A DNA stretch of 64,000 bases. It comes from Chrysemys picta bellii. Taxonomy: Eukaryota. The position numbers were made by a program, and so were the translations under genes. The notes beneath the pieces are model-generated. The model ran no database searches and was not told where the DNA came from. It saw only the letters and a program-made list of their open reading frames with translations. Shown one piece after another: positions 25,596-38,839 of this stretch (the stretch's first letter is position 1; each line of letters opens with the position of its first letter). Where the stretch lies: the NCBI RefSeq assembly GCF_011386835.1, contig NC_088792.1:163308001-163372000 (forward strand), given 5' to 3'.

Positions 25596-25785
25596 ACCTT
25601 ATCCTCCCAACATCCCTGCAAAGGTATGTTCATATTATCCACTTTCTACAGAAAGGGAAAATGAGGCAGAGAGAAGTTAAGCAACTCGCCCCAGGTCATC
25701 GAGCAAGTCAGTGTCAGAGCAGTGGTTATAACTCAGGAGTGCCTGTCTTCTCCCTGCCTGGAGCTCTTTCCTCTAGCCTATGCTA
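25596..25785 (-). mobile_element. MIR/CORE-like ancient SINE fragment
   Basis: GGGAAAATGAGGCAGAGAGAAGTTAAGCAACTCGCCCCAGGTCA is the reverse MIR core. Confidence 0.65.
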
Positions 25786-26392
25786 GCAATCAAGAAACCT
25801 TTAAATCACATGGGGGGGAAACCATTCCAGGACACCTGCACTGTCCCATGTCATTTTCCAGTAGCAACATCTTCTCCTTTGGGCTTACAGTGTGGAGTGC
25901 AGTGTCTTTGTCCCGTCCCCTTGCTGTTGAGTGGGATGTTCTGCTCAGTCTGGGGGATGCTGAAGGCAAGGAATAATCGTGCATGAGAATCAGGGGCTCC
26001 CCGGAGCCAAAAGGCCTTGAGGAGACCTGTGCCTGCGAAGGCACTTGACAAACCGGATACCAATATTGCAGCTCAGGGACCTGGATGAATTCCCTTCTCT
26101 CTTTGCAGTTTCTCTGCTGCCAGTGCTAGCCCAGCTCTGCAGAGGAGAGAGGTTGTTGACACAGGTAACAAAACTGTTGCTGTGGAAATGGAGCTGTCTT
26201 GGGTTTGAGCTTCTTTCCTTTGGCACTATACTTAGCACAGTTGGGTTAGTTCCACCCGCTTCCCGCCCCTGAACGTACTGCCGAAGTTAACAATGTGGGT
26301 AAACAGAGCAAAGCGCAGGGCCAAAGGGCTGGATCCCTAGTGACTGAAAAGTCTCTGAGTAAGGCAGGTAACCCTGTCTCTCCCCCAACTCT

Positions 26393-26674
26393 GGATATGT
26401 CTACACTGCAAAAAAAACCCACAGCTCCACCACATCTCAGAGTCTGGGTCAGTTGACTCGGGCTTGTGGGGCTAAAAATAGCTGTGTAGACATTCCTGCT
26501 CGGAGTGGAGCCTGGGCTCTGAAATCTGGCGGAGGGGGAGAGTCTTGCAGCCCAAGCAAGAATGTCTACATGGCTATTTTTAGCCCTACAGTCTGAGCGC
26601 TATGGGCCAGTGTCAATTGACTCAGGCTCTGAGTCTCAGTTCTGCAGGCTTTTCTTCGCAGTATAGACATACCC
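26393..26674. mobile_element. PIF/Harbinger MITE
   Basis: TIRs GGATATGTCTACACTGC / GCAGTATAGACATACCC; internal second TIR-like pair TGTAGACATT / AATGTCTACA. Confidence 0.8.
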
Positions 26675-27926
26675 CATGTGTACTGGTTGGCAATTTCCTT
26701 TGGCCTGCACAGAGTTACCGCAGCCTGGTTCTCCCCTGCCCTGCTGCTTGTGGTGTGACTCAGCCTGTGTGAAGTATGTGTAAAACACAACCAAACTGGA
26801 AAGGGTACCTTTGACATGTGCTTGACACAGGTAGGAAGGACTGCACAGAGTGCAGGACAGTGAGGAAGCACACCCATTAGTTTCCATCCCAGTTAAGATG
26901 GATGAGCTCCTGGTGACCCACTCTGACCAGACCTGCTGCAGAGAGATCCCCTTCCGGCATGTGGGGGTCATGCTCTGTTCAGAGAATCCATCCTGAGTTT
27001 ACACCAGCTTGTGGCGAGGAGCCTCTGATTTTAGCCAGAGAAATCCAAGGTTTCAGCTTCAGCCAGAGGGCTGTGGGCTGCGTCCAGCCAGGCCCGGGAT
27101 GATCCGTGAGCATTTGTGGCTGATTATGCCACACCCATTGGCAGAGTGACAGAGCAGCCAGATTTGCAGTGTCATCTGCATACACAGGAAGAAGAAGTAA
27201 CTTGACATAGGAACATCCCTGAGTCTCAGGAGCCGGTTTGGGAAAGACCAATGTCGACAGCAAGAGAACAGGCCACATACACGCAGGGAAATGCGTGAGG
27301 GGGGTGGGGGGTGTGATTCCTGCACAGATCCGTGTCCTTTCCCCAGGACACGGAGAGGGCTGTTCCCCAAACTGCAGTGGGATTAGAGTGGCCTTGTCCT
27401 GCTGTTACCTCTTACTGGTTAATGGTATATCAGCATTTGGAAGGGAATGATTCAGCGTGCTCGGAATACAAAGCCGGGTCCCAGCAGCTTGCACACTGCT
27501 GGAGTCACACTGCTGTAGATGTGCTGTCGTCTAGCCTGGTTAGACTTGCAAAAGCTAATCATTAAGTCTGGCAGTAACTAGAGCAAGACAATTAAAGGAG
27601 CACAAATGCACAGGGCTCCAGAGGCAGGTCGCAGACTCATGTCAGGTGATGTTTAATTACCCACCTCCTCTCTTCTTTCCTCATATCATAGGGTTCTCCT
27701 GCAAACAGCTTGGGATGGAGCCACACCCTCATTAACCTTGATGTGGGGTGTCTTGGTGGTGGTGTTTTTTTTTTTTTTTTAAAGGGGCACTGCTGTATTT
27801 GAACAGGAGAATGGACAGGCCAATGTCCCAGATGCAGACCCTAAGCCTAAACCTGCTAAGGCTTCATTTCTACCAGGATGGGTGGTTTGGGGCTAGATTT
27901 GACTCACCCATTTCTGTCTTTCACAG

Positions 27927-28073
27927 GTGCCAAAGAGTGGTAGTTTGCCCCCAGCCACAGAGATTACAAAGCCCCCCATTGCACCCCAAACCCAGGAGAA
28001 GAAACCACAAGTGGCCTACAAAACTGAGATCATTGGAGGGGTGGTTGTGCACACACCTATCTCTGTCAATCAG
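27927..28073 (+). CDS. PLEKHA2: PLEKHA2 coding exon 5 (linker)
   Basis: VPKSGSLPPATEITKPPIAPQTQEKKPQVAYKTEIIGGVVVHTPISVNQ; tcacag acceptor, CAG|GTAAGC donor. Confidence 0.95.
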
Positions 28074-30949
28074 GTAAGCTGGGCGTGTCTGCGTTGCATT
28101 GCCTTAGCGGAGTATGCCTGTGGCTTTGCAGATCTACAGCTTGTGCTAGCAGAGAATGTTCTGAAATGTGCATTCAATTGGGAGGAACCAGAATGTGCCA
28201 TGTGAGGATGGCAGCATGGGCAACCTCTGGGATAAAAATCCAGATCAGTCAGGCAGCCCCCCAAAAATCATGAGCTTAAAAATCATTAAAGTTTAAAAAC
28301 AAATTTTAGGTGCCTATTCTTTGCCCCTTGGTTTCTAAGCCTTAGGGTTCTGTTGGTTCTCATTTTGCAGCTTTTTCTCTGCAACCAGGAGGGCTAGAAA
28401 CTTCTTTTTCTTTACTTTTTATAAAAGAAAGCTGAGATTCTCGTGAGTCCAGGAACCTGGGGCTATAAGAAAAGCGCCAAGTACTGCAAGTCTCATGATA
28501 AAATCAACAAGAGTTGGTAATTCGGGGATGGTGACTAGAAACGATCTGTAGTTTAACTTTCGCTCCTTGCCTTTCTGTCTCCAGGCACTGGAAATGAAAT
28601 ACTCTTGGTACCAGCACAATGCTCTGGGACTCTAGCCTCTCACTGGCTCGAAGGAACAATTCTTGAGGGATGTAAGGGGGAAAAGCTGGCAGTTCTCTGC
28701 ACGCTTAGCAGGGTGATGAAATTTATACCACATTCTGCTCTTTGATTTTCCTGTATTTAACTGTTGGGGAGTCTTCCAGCCGTGTGCTTGACCCATGTCT
28801 GTGCCATTGAATGGGTCTCTGCGTCATCGTTTTTATGTCCTAGGTTCAGCCTCTAATCATTTCTCTACCAGACATAACAGAGATCTATGGAACAACTGTG
28901 TGTGATTGACATGGTAGGAGGGATAAACAGTCTTGGGATGAAATGCAGGGTCCATGTTGCTTAGCTAGCATATGTTTGAGCAGGAAATGCAATATGCCTG
29001 CTTATTTCCTCTGTCCAATTCCTTACTAATACAATCAGCAAAGCTCTGCGGTAAACCAGGCCAACAAACATTGCATCAGTTTTCTTCTACAAGCTGTTCC
29101 CATCCTGCCTTTTGCATTCTGAAACAGTTAAACAGAACAAACGCTACTCAGGTGTGTAGTTAACTGCAACAAATTATACCTGGATCCCTACTTTTTAAGT
29201 GAAGAATATTACCCGTCATCTACCAGAGGTGGGAAACCCGCATTTATTATTGTTGTTCGTTTTTGTTTAAGTGCCCGTCTGAGCCCCTGAACTATGAAGC
29301 CATACAGCGAGTGGAGGAATATCTTTTAATACACAGAGACAACCGACTCTGCGAGCTAGGCCGCTCTGCATAGTAACTCACACGTTACAACAGTAAAGCT
29401 TGTGCGTGAGGCCTGCAACAAATAACCCCCCACTAGAACCCCAACTGCCCCCACTACGTCCCAGCGTTTCTCCCAGGAAATGGGTGGATCTTGCAGCAAG
29501 TCCTAAGGCTAATAAATCTGGTTTCCGGGTCCAAGTTGAGGTTCCTTCACAAAAAACACCTTCCCTCTTAAACCAGGGGACTGTCAGCTCAAGTGCCTTG
29601 CCACATTGCAGCTGCTCTGAGCCCAAACCATTTAGGTCTTTATAGGCCAAGAACACCTTAAATCCCACCTGGAAACTGATAGGCAGCTGGGGCAGATTCT
29701 GAAGCAACCGTGTCACCGTGAGCTGCATGTAGTGCAGCTAGGCAAACAGGCATATGTCAGGGGATGTAATCTGGTCATTGGCAGATACCCAGAGCCCTCT
29801 TGCTTTCTTTGGACGGGGGCACACAGAGCGGACTGTGACACAGGAAATTGGTGGCAGGGCTGATGTCTCAACACCTAGATACTATGCTGACCGTTGTTCC
29901 AGAAACGCCTCAGGGAGATGGGTTTAGCTGAAAGGTGTGACCAGAAAGTCCCTTATTGGCAACGTGTCTAAGCAGCCTCAGTAACACAGCCGAGATCAGC
30001 AGTAATTCACACTGAGCTTAAATGGCAGGTGCTTCAGACAGTACCCAACTGGGGACTTTGGGCTGCATGGGCCTAAATCACAACCCTTTGGTCTGCTTGC
30101 CATCTCTCTCGCACACGTGTGTCTGGGGAGCTGCATGCTCTGGTGCAAGCCAGTAACTTTTTCACTCAGAATTTCAACAATGAGGCAGAACTTGGTGCTA
30201 AATCAGAGGTATTTCCAGTGACTGAACTTCAATGTGATTGTTGGGGGAGGACCTTGAATGCAGTTGCTTTGGTTTACCCCATTATGTGACATCTGCTGCC
30301 TGGGGAATCTGTCTGGAACCTACCTCTGAGGTTTAGACTCTGAGCAGTCTGGGTGAGAGGCAGGAGGCTGTCTGACCTTCTCTGAAGTAAGACAGTCTGA
30401 TTACACACTTCTCCTATTGGTGGAATTGATTTGCACTTTCAGTTCAGGAAACCAGGTCTGTGCCTGTGAAACCTCTCAGGGTTTATAAATAGCTGCACAC
30501 AGCACTTCTCTCTGGCTCCAAAGTGCAGTGAGCCAAAAGGGGTTTATGGAGCCACATGCAAAGCTGCAAATTGCCTCAGCTTTCATGCCCCTTAGCTGTG
30601 GCCTGATCTCTGTCTCAATTCCCCACGGCCCCCGGAAGGTCTGAGCCAGTTCCACTAGCCCCAGTGGCTGCTCCCCGGAACAGCAGCTGGGAGATGCCAC
30701 AGGAGGAGGTGGAGACCTCCCTTTCTCCAGTAGTCCGAGTCTCCCTTTCCCTGGACGCACAGGAGGGGCATGTGCATGACCATCGGCAACTTCCACCTTT
30801 TGGTGTTTTGACAGCCTAATTTCAGCTCTTATCAGTCACAGGTCTAAAAATAGAATGGAGAATTAGGTCACTGCAGTGTTCTCCTTGGCAGGCGTTTTTA
30901 ACTCTTCTCTGGCCATACAGATGTGCACATGTGCAGAATTGGGCCTGAC

Positions 30950-31190
30950 TGGAGCATAGGCATTGCCAGGGTTGGATCAGACCCATGATTCATCTAGACC
31001 AGTAGCCTGTCTCTGATAGTGGCCAGCACCAGCTCCTTCAGCAGGAGGTGCAAGAGACCTGACGGGGTGATCGTGGGATAATCTCCTTGTGGGAGGCGTT
31101 TCGTCCTGACCCCTGTCACTGAGAGGTTGGGTCGTTCCCTGAAGCGGGGTTTAATAGCCATCTTTTTAATCCTAACTCAATGTGTATGTT
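30950..31190 (-). mobile_element. Old CR1 3' fragment, probably interrupted by the hAT element at 31199
   Basis: GGATCAGACCCATGATTCATCTAGACCAGTAGCCTGTCTCTGATAGTGGCCAGCACC resembles an antisense CR1 3'UTR. Confidence 0.5.
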
Positions 31191-31198
31191 CTCATTAT

Positions 31199-32091
31199 CA
31201 GGGCCGCACAGAGGATTCAGGGGTCCTGGGGTAAAGCAATTTCGGGGGGCCCTTCCATAAAAAAAAGTTGCAATACAATAGTAACATGTATTTGGAAATG
31301 TAAAAAATAACCAGTGAAATACATTCAAACATTAATTTTTAATAATTTGAAAATACACGAAATACATTATTTAAAAACATTAAATGCTTTATTGGTATGT
31401 ATACATTTGCAATTACATAATGGGCTGTCGCTGGGTAATGGTGATGGTTGGTGTCATTGGGCTGTCGCTGCCTGGGGGTGGCGCTGGTGCTACTGTTGCC
31501 CAGGGCTGGGTTGGGAGCTGGGCTCTGGGTCAGGGGGTGCCCGGCTCAGAGGAGTTGGGCTCGGAGTTGGGCGTCAGGACTGGGGGGGGGGGATGGGGTT
31601 GGGGGAGTGTCCGGTTCAGAGGGGCTGAGCTCGGAGCTGGGGGTCAGGGCGGCGGGGGATGGGGTCGGGGGGGGGTCCGGCTCAGAGTGGGCTCGGAGCT
31701 GGGGGTCAGGGGTGGGGGATGGGGTCGGGGGGGTGCCCGTCTCAGAGGGGCTGGGCTCGGCACTGGGAGTCAGGGGGTGCCCGACTCAGAGGGGCTTACT
31801 CCCTCTCCCTGAGCCTCAGCGAGCTGCGTCCAGGAGCTCCTGCCGCTCGGCCCGCTGGAGCTCGCAGCCCCGCCCCCTTACCACGCGGTTCCGAGCGGGA
31901 GGACCTCAGGCACCGCCCGAGCCAAGCCACTGCAGCACTGTCCAGGGCCGCTCCTGGATGCGGCATGCTGAGGCGCCGGGGGATGGGGGAAGGTGGAGGT
32001 GGGGGGGAGCCTCCGACATTCTCGTGGGGGCCCCTGTGGGGCCCGGGGCAAATTGCCCCACTTGCCCCCCCCCCCCACCCGGGCGGCCCTG
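31199..32091. mobile_element. Non-autonomous hAT element (893 bp) with internal G-rich minisatellite
   Basis: TIRs CAGGGCCGCAC / GGGCGGCCCTG; perfect 8-bp TSD CTCATTAT (31191-31198, 32092-32099); no transposase. Confidence 0.9.
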
Positions 32092-32229
32092 CTCATTATC
32101 CATGTACATGTCTAAGGGAGACTGCTGGCAGGAAGTAGCAGAGCGAAACAATTGTACAGCTCCATCCTGTGTGAATAGGAGCTCAGACTATTTAGCTGAT
32201 CAGAGAGACGGTTAAGATGTGATTTGATT

Positions 32230-32570
32230 GTGGTCTAGTACCTACAAGGAGAGAAGATTTGTGATCGCGAAGGGATCTTTAATTTAGCAGACAAAGGCAG
32301 GAAAAGGTCCAGTGGCTGGAAACTGAAACTAGCAAATTCAGACCAGAAATAAGGTGCACATTTTTAACAGGGAGGGTAAATGACCATGGGCAGCTCACTC
32401 AGAATGCGGTGGATTCTCTATCCGTTTAAGTCCAAGTTGCTTGGTTCTCTAAGAGAGATGCTCTGGCTCAAAGTAGGAGTCCCTGGGTGAGGGTCTCTGG
32501 CCTGTGTTCTGCAGGAGGTCAGACCAGATGATCTACTGGTCCCTTCTAGCCTTAAATTCTATGACTCTAT
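32230..32570 (+). mobile_element. Old CR1 3' end
   Basis: GGCTGGAAACTGAAACTAG-AAATTCAGAC...GCAGGAGGTCAGACCAGATGATC...GGTCCCTTCTAGCCTTAAATTCTATGACTCTAT. Confidence 0.8.
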
Positions 32571-32764
32571 ATGGTTTCCAGGGGGTGTTTCACTTCCCAT
32601 TTTGAAGCAGTTCCTCCTATCCCAGTCCCTGGTTGTGTGTGGGGCTCGCTACCTGAGTGGAGCAGTTCTATAGGGAGACACATTTCACCATTTCTGGGAA
32701 GGTAGGAGAGTGTTCAGTTTGGGACCATTTTCATCCTTCCTACCGTGTCTTTAAGACTGCTGCA

Positions 32765-33050
32765 GGGATGAGGCCTGGCCTGCTGGTTAGAGCACCAGCC
32801 CGGTACTCAAAAGACATGGGTGATGTTCCTGGCTGCACCATTGATCTTCGGTGCTGTGACCTTGGTTGTGTCACTTCCTATCTCTGTGTCAGTTTCCCAG
32901 CCTGTAAAATGGGGATAATGCTATTGAGCAGCCTGGGTGCTGATACTCGCTGCAGGGGCACGCACTGGGAGGCAGTCCCATTTGGTAAGTGCTTTGAGAC
33001 CTGGGGATGGAAGGCGCTAGAAAACTGCAGAAGGTTATGGTAGATTTCCT
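32765..33050 (+). mobile_element. MIR/CORE-like ancient SINE
   Basis: GTGACCTTGGTTGTGTCACTTCC...CAGTTTCCCAGCCTGTAAAATGGGGATAATG core. Confidence 0.7.
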
Positions 33051-35940
33051 CTGGAACGTGGAGTATTAGCCTGGGTGTTTCCTCTGCTCCACCAGGGCAC
33101 CAGGAAACAGGCACAGAAACGAAACTGGCCCCACCCTCGCTCATCATGTCTGGTACCACTTTCCGTGCAAAACCCCCGTGCTAGTTTGGTGCGACTGGCT
33201 GCTCTGTGCTTAAACTGAGAACAAGCCTTTCCCTTTCCCTAGACACTGTGGCATTCGCCTCCCTGAGGGTGGCAGCTCCCTTTGACTCCCACTCCCTGGG
33301 AATGTTTGTAGGCGGGTGCAGATGAAGCCCCAGGCCTGGCACCTTGTGCTGTGCTCCTTGGGCACCGAGTCCTTGGCAGGAAGCCCAGAGCCTCCCCACG
33401 CTATTTCTGTTTGGCTGCAATCCAGGCTGAGAATCCAAGGGGAGGTTTCCAGGCCCAGCTGCAACAACGTTTACGTCCTGCCTGGGTTTCTAACTCTGCT
33501 TCACTTCCTTGCCCAAGCCTAATTTTTCATCCCTGTTTTGGGAAGTTCTTGTTTGTTTCTGCGGGTTTCTCTGCAAGGCTCTGGCTGGCCCCAGCCGTGT
33601 GCATCAGGGTGGGGGAACCGAGCCTTCTTTCTGACTCGGTGTTTTTCCTGGCTCCTCACTGGGGCCCGGTGGCTGCTAGCCAGTGGTTTCCCCTCTGCCT
33701 GGCCCTGACACTAAGCTGCGTTGTGGAGTGCAGAGGGAGCCTGGAGCCTGAGTGAGCAGGGCAGCAGCAGCTGGGCACACAATGGTGCTGTGTATTCTGG
33801 CCTTTTGTCACTTGGGAGCCAAGCTTATTGTCTATTAAAAACAAATAAGCAGCAGTTAAGTGGGCACCCTGCCATGTGATTTATGTAGCAAGTGAATGCT
33901 GGTCTGTTCTCCCATGTGAGGGACTGGGGGTTTGCTTTTGGGTTAGTTTGTTCTCCAAAAAAGCCTAAAGCTCCATCCACAGCCCGTGTTTGCTTTACAG
34001 TCGCTTTCGCACTGCAGAGGGTGTTGAGGGACGGACGCCAGCTGCTGAGTTATTTTCTGCCATTCCGATGCTGCCCTTGGTGAAATGGCCTTTCCTCCCA
34101 GCCAGGCTTCGCCTGCGGCAGCCTCCTGAGCCTGCATTCATGGCCTCTCTGCCTTGCCTCAGGAAGGAATATGCTGCTTCAGGTGCAGCTTTGTGACTCC
34201 AGGCAGGATGAAAGGAGAGTCCTGGCCTCATTGATCGGAGGGATGGAAAAGCCTTGCTCCTGTCTAGCACATTTCTCTGGGAGTCAGTGTAGGATTGCTC
34301 CTTACAGCCTAACCTCTGGGGAAATGTCTTCACTAACGATGCACCTTCCCTCCTTCTCTCTGGGAGACTAATCCCTCAACTCTCCTCCGTCCTTCTCCAA
34401 ACATCAAGTGCTGCAACAAATGGCAAAGGGCTTGTGCGAATCCAGGTGGCGGGGGAGTGGCTGGTTCCCACCTTCCACGAACGCATCTCTCCCGCCCAGC
34501 AGCCAAGTGGGCTGCAGAGCGCCCTGCCTGGCGCAGAGGGGCACGGAAGGGAGTGAAGGGCTGGCTTGGGCCCAAGTTGCTTTGTTTTGATTGCTTCATT
34601 TTGGTCCTGGAAAAATCAAAGTCCTGTCGTGGAGGGGAGGGGAAAGTGCACAGCTGAGGGTGAGAGATCGGGGCATGTTGTCTGGTTAACCGCAATAGGC
34701 CTCTTCACCAGCGTGAATGCCATATAAGGACAGCTCGAGCCCTGCAAGCCAACGGGTACAAGCCAGGAGCCTCTGCTCAAACAATTCATTAACCTCAAAC
34801 TTGTGCTGAAAGGAGGGGCGGAGAGAGAGATGTGCACAGTGGTTACATTTTATCTCTCCCCCCCTCACCCCCACAAGTTCTGCCTTATAAAGGAGGCAGG
34901 AGGGGCTGGGCTGGGGGCCTGTTTCTTAGGGGTTCTAGAATGAGGGCAGAGTAGCAATGGCTCAGCAGCAGCAAGCAGTGGACACATGTGTCTGCCTGCT
35001 GACTTCTACCGTGTTTCCCTCCCCTTTGAGTCTCAGGAAGTACCTAGCGCCCCGCCCCTTCCACCCGGACAAGCGGGGTGAAGGGGGGATCTGGAGGCTG
35101 CTGGAGCTGGGCTCCCTCCCCTCCCGCTGTGCGATTGCCTTGGTGTTGCTGTTGTGTGAACGAACGTGCTGCAGGCAAACCACAGAGCACAAAAACGCTA
35201 CAGCTGGTCTGACTGGGTGTCCTGACACTGCTCTGAGGACCAGCAAGAGCCCACGTGGGCTGGGCTGACGTGCCCCATCAGTCTCTTCTGAGTGGGGCCC
35301 ATGACCGTGTCAGATTCCCAGCCTGGCAGCTATAACGGGACGTGCGCGCTTTGCTTCAGGTCCCTTCAGGTCTGCTTCTGTGAACTGTCTGGCAGCGTGA
35401 TTCCCGTGGGTCTGGTGAGCAGGTAACCTGCTGTCAACTGGCAGGGACGGAGCGAGCTGGGGTGCTGCAGGACGAGCGTGTGTATGTGCAGCTTTGTGAT
35501 CCCAACGCACCCGGTGCCTGGGCTGGTGGCTGGTCCAGATAAGGAGCTGGGGTTGGAATGGGCCTGTGGGTCCCTGTGTGCCGGGGCTGAGGAGGGCTCT
35601 TTAGGAAAGGAACAACATCCAGTGCAGGACAGCAAATTCCAGTCCTCTGAATCCTCACAGTGTTACTTTCTGGTGGCTGGGAGAGGCCCAGGGTGCTGCA
35701 AGTTCGCACCCAGAGATGAGCTGGGGCCTGACAGAGACTGTGGCCTGCTGAGACTGAGCTCTGTGTGAGAGAGATTTGATTTGGTGCAGCAGGATGGGTG
35801 TCCCATATTGCGCCAATGACCTTGCAATGTGCAGACTGCAGCATCTGTCCCTGGGCAGCCCCTGCTCTGAGTGACATTGCAGGGCACAAATAAACCACTT
35901 CACATCCCCATGCACGGTGCTGGTTGCATTGTACGGGGTT

Positions 35941-36225
35941 TCACAGATTCAGAATTTAAGGCCAGGAAGGACCATTAGATCATCTAGGATGACTCTCCTG
36001 TATAACACAGGTCATAGAATTTCATCCGGTTATCCCTGTACTGAGCCCGATAACGTGTTTGGCTAAAGCAAACATGGCCTGGATGCTTTTCTGCAAGACA
36101 TCGAGAGGTGGAGAATGCACCACTTCTCTCAGTGGTTTGTCCCTCACTTAACAATGTGTGCCTGATTTCTAATTTGAATTTCTCACTCCAGCTTCCGGCC
36201 ATTGGTTCTTGTTTTGCCTTTCTCT
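35941..36225 (-). mobile_element. Old CR1 3' end (antisense)
   Basis: CAGATTCAGAATTTAAGGCCAGGAAGGACCATTAGATCATCTAG...AATTTGAATTTCTC..CAGCTTCCGGCCATTG. Confidence 0.7.
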
Positions 36226-36289
36226 GCAGTACTGGTCTCACCAACACTGTATGCAGAGGTCAAATCAGCTTCCTGCTCCTACTCCTTAG

Positions 36290-37109
36290 CACTCAAGAAA
36301 GAGATCTTGGAGTCACTGTGGCTAGTTCTCTGAAACCATCCACCCAATGTGCAGCGGCAGTCAAAAAAGCGAACAGAATGTTAGGAACCATTAGGAAAGG
36401 GGTAGATAATAAGACAGTTAATATCGTAATGCCACTATATAAATCATGGGTACGCCCACACCTGGAATAATGTGTGCAGTTCTGGTCGCCCTGTTTCAAA
36501 AAAGATATATTAGAATTGGAAAAGATACAGAAGAGAGCAACAAAAATGATTAGGGGTATGGAACGGCTTCCATATGAGGAGAGATTTAAAAGACTGGGAC
36601 TGTTCAGCTTAGAAAAGGGATGATTAAGGGTGGGTATGATAGAGGTCTATAAAATCATGAATGAGGTGGAGAAAATGAATAAGGAAGTGTTATTTACCCC
36701 TCCACATAACACAAGAATAAGAGGTCACCCAATGAAATTAATAGATGTCAGCTTTAGAACAAACAAAAGGCAGTACTTTTCCCACAAAACACACAGTTAA
36801 CCTCTGGAACTCATTGCTAGGGGATGTTGCCAAAATGATAGCAGGATTAAAAAAAGAATTAGATAAGTTCATGGAGGATAGGTCCATCAAGGGCTATTCG
36901 CCAAGATGGTCAAGGATACAACCCACTGCACTGGATATCCCTAGATTCTGGCAGCCAGAAGCTGGGAATGGGCAGCAGGGGATGGATCACTTGATGATTC
37001 TCTGTTCTGTTCATTCTCTCTGGGGCACCTGGCATTGGCCACTGTTGGAAGACAGGACACTGGGCTAGGTGGACCATTGGTCTGATCCAGTATGGCCGTT
37101 GTTATGTTC
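36290..37109 (+). mobile_element. 5'-truncated CR1 LINE (ORF2 C-terminus + 3'UTR)
   Basis: TQERDLGV, QCAAAVKKANRMLG, LYKSWVRPHLE followed by a stop (dead); 3'UTR ending GGCCGTTGTTATGTTC. Confidence 0.92.
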
Positions 37110-37711
37110 AATCTTTGTGTCATCCACAGATTTTATTAGCAGTGACTTTTTTTACTTTCAGATCACTAGTAAAAAGGTGAAATAGCTTTGGGCCTAGTAC
37201 TGGCCCCTGCAGAGCCCCACTAGAAATGCCCCCATTCGAAGCTGATTAATTGACAACTATGTTTTGAGATCTGTCAGTTAGCTAGTTCATCCATTTAAAG
37301 TGCGCGTCATATTAGTGTGTCATGCTAAAGTTTGAATCCGCATGTTCTGTGGCACGAAGTCCAGCTCCTTGGTGTAGCGTTGTGTCTGACTTTCCAAGGT
37401 GCGGCGTCCCCACCCGCTGAGGCCCAGGTTTGCTGAGGTTGTGCCTTTGTTTTTTCACTTGCACTGCAAGTGCTCAGCACCTCTGAAAATCCGGCCACGT
37501 GCAAACGTTGCTCTCGTGCTTGCATGGGGCAGGTGTGTTGTTCGGCTGGGCTAATAAAATATCATTTGTTCGTGGCAAGGGGCAGGAGCAGATTAGAGGT
37601 TGGGCTACTAAATTCCTTTGGCTGTTCTGCCAGGCTCAACCATGCACATGCTGTCCGCTCTCCCATCCCCAGGCTGTTTGCAGGTTTCCAATTGTTCTCC
37701 TTTTGTTTCAG

Positions 37712-37858
37712 AATGGAGGGGAAGGAGCAGACGGAGGCGATGTGGCCACTCACCCTCTTCTGAGACGCTCCCAGAGCTACATACCCACCTCTGCCTCCAA
37801 GCCGTCCACAGGGCCACCTGTCCTCAAGAGCGGCTACTGCGTGAAGCAGGGGAATGTG
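37712..37858 (+). CDS. PLEKHA2: PLEKHA2 coding exon 6 (linker, start of PH2)
   Basis: NGGEGADGGDVATHPLLRRSQSYIPTSASKPSTGPPVLKSGYCVKQGNV; tttcag acceptor, GTG|GTGAGT donor. Confidence 0.96.
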
Positions 37859-38305
37859 GTGAGTGCCTGTTGCAGAGTTGCACTGAGTCCTTCATGGAGC
37901 AGAGCACTGCGGGGGGGCTTGAAGGCGGCTTGATTTTATTGCTTCTGAGCCTCCTTTTGCTTCCCCCACACCGCTGCGCCTGAAAGGGGAGCTTTTCACT
38001 TCTAGAGGTCCATGGATCATGTTGGCGTGAACAGTTGCTCTGTGTAGGAGGAGGGAGTGGGGCAGTGTTGGTGCAGAATAGGTCCTGGTGTCAGAGCAGT
38101 GGTAGGTGGTTCAGCACCCTCAGTTATGAGCTGCTAGCTCTGAGCTTTCTGTTCCCCAGTGGAGCAGGCTCAGGGCTTTCACCAATGCCCCTTCTTTGGA
38201 AGATGTGACCCCTAGGTTCTCAGGATCCATTTGTTTTTTCTGAGGGGCTGGGGAGGCTGGAACTCAACCCTGGCAGCATTAGGGACTGTTCTCTCTGTTT
38301 TTCAG

Positions 38306-38374
38306 AGGAAGAGCTGGAAACGCCGGTACTTTGCTCTTGACGACTTTACCATCAGTTATTTCAAGTGCGAGCAG
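38306..38374 (+). CDS. PLEKHA2: PLEKHA2 coding exon 7 (PH2 phosphoinositide-binding basic motif)
   Basis: RKSWKRRYFALDDFTISYFKCEQ; tttcag acceptor, CAG|GTAAGC donor. With exon 6 it forms the KQGNVRKSWKRR signature. Confidence 0.96.
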
Positions 38375-38839
38375 GTAAGCAGCCCCCTCCGGCTCACTGT
38401 TCTCTGGGTGACCTTGTCCACTTGTCCCTTCCCTCATGGGTGTATTGGGCTTGGCATTTGCAAGGCTGCGTTTTTGGCTTCTGTTAAAATCAATCAAAAT
38501 TTTGAACACAGAAAATATGTGGGAGAAAACCCCACGTTTGGGGCTAAAGCTGAGAACAAATCCCATGTACTGCAGGGGTGCAGGGAGCAGGTGCAGTGGC
38601 TGGGCTTAAGGACAGGCAGGAGAGCTGTGACTTTGGCACAAATGCAGCTCAAAGCTGTGCTGTCACAGAGGCTGTTCCACTGCCTGAACCACTATGGAGT
38701 TCTGAGTCCTGTTTCTGCAAGCAAGAAACCTCACGCACATGCCTGCATGCTCACCTCCCAATATATGCATACCCCCCAACATACCCACCACAGCACACGT
38801 GCTGGCATGCACTATCACAACTGTAATTGGCCATGGATG

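Noticed and set aside
28059-28073. Exon 5 ends ISVNQ versus recalled human ISQ
   Set aside because: A two-residue difference in a variable linker, based only on memory of the human sequence; the donor is canonical.
31384-32215. ORFs of 142-255 aa
   Set aside because: They lie within the G-rich minisatellite of a non-autonomous hAT element; no transposase or domain motifs.
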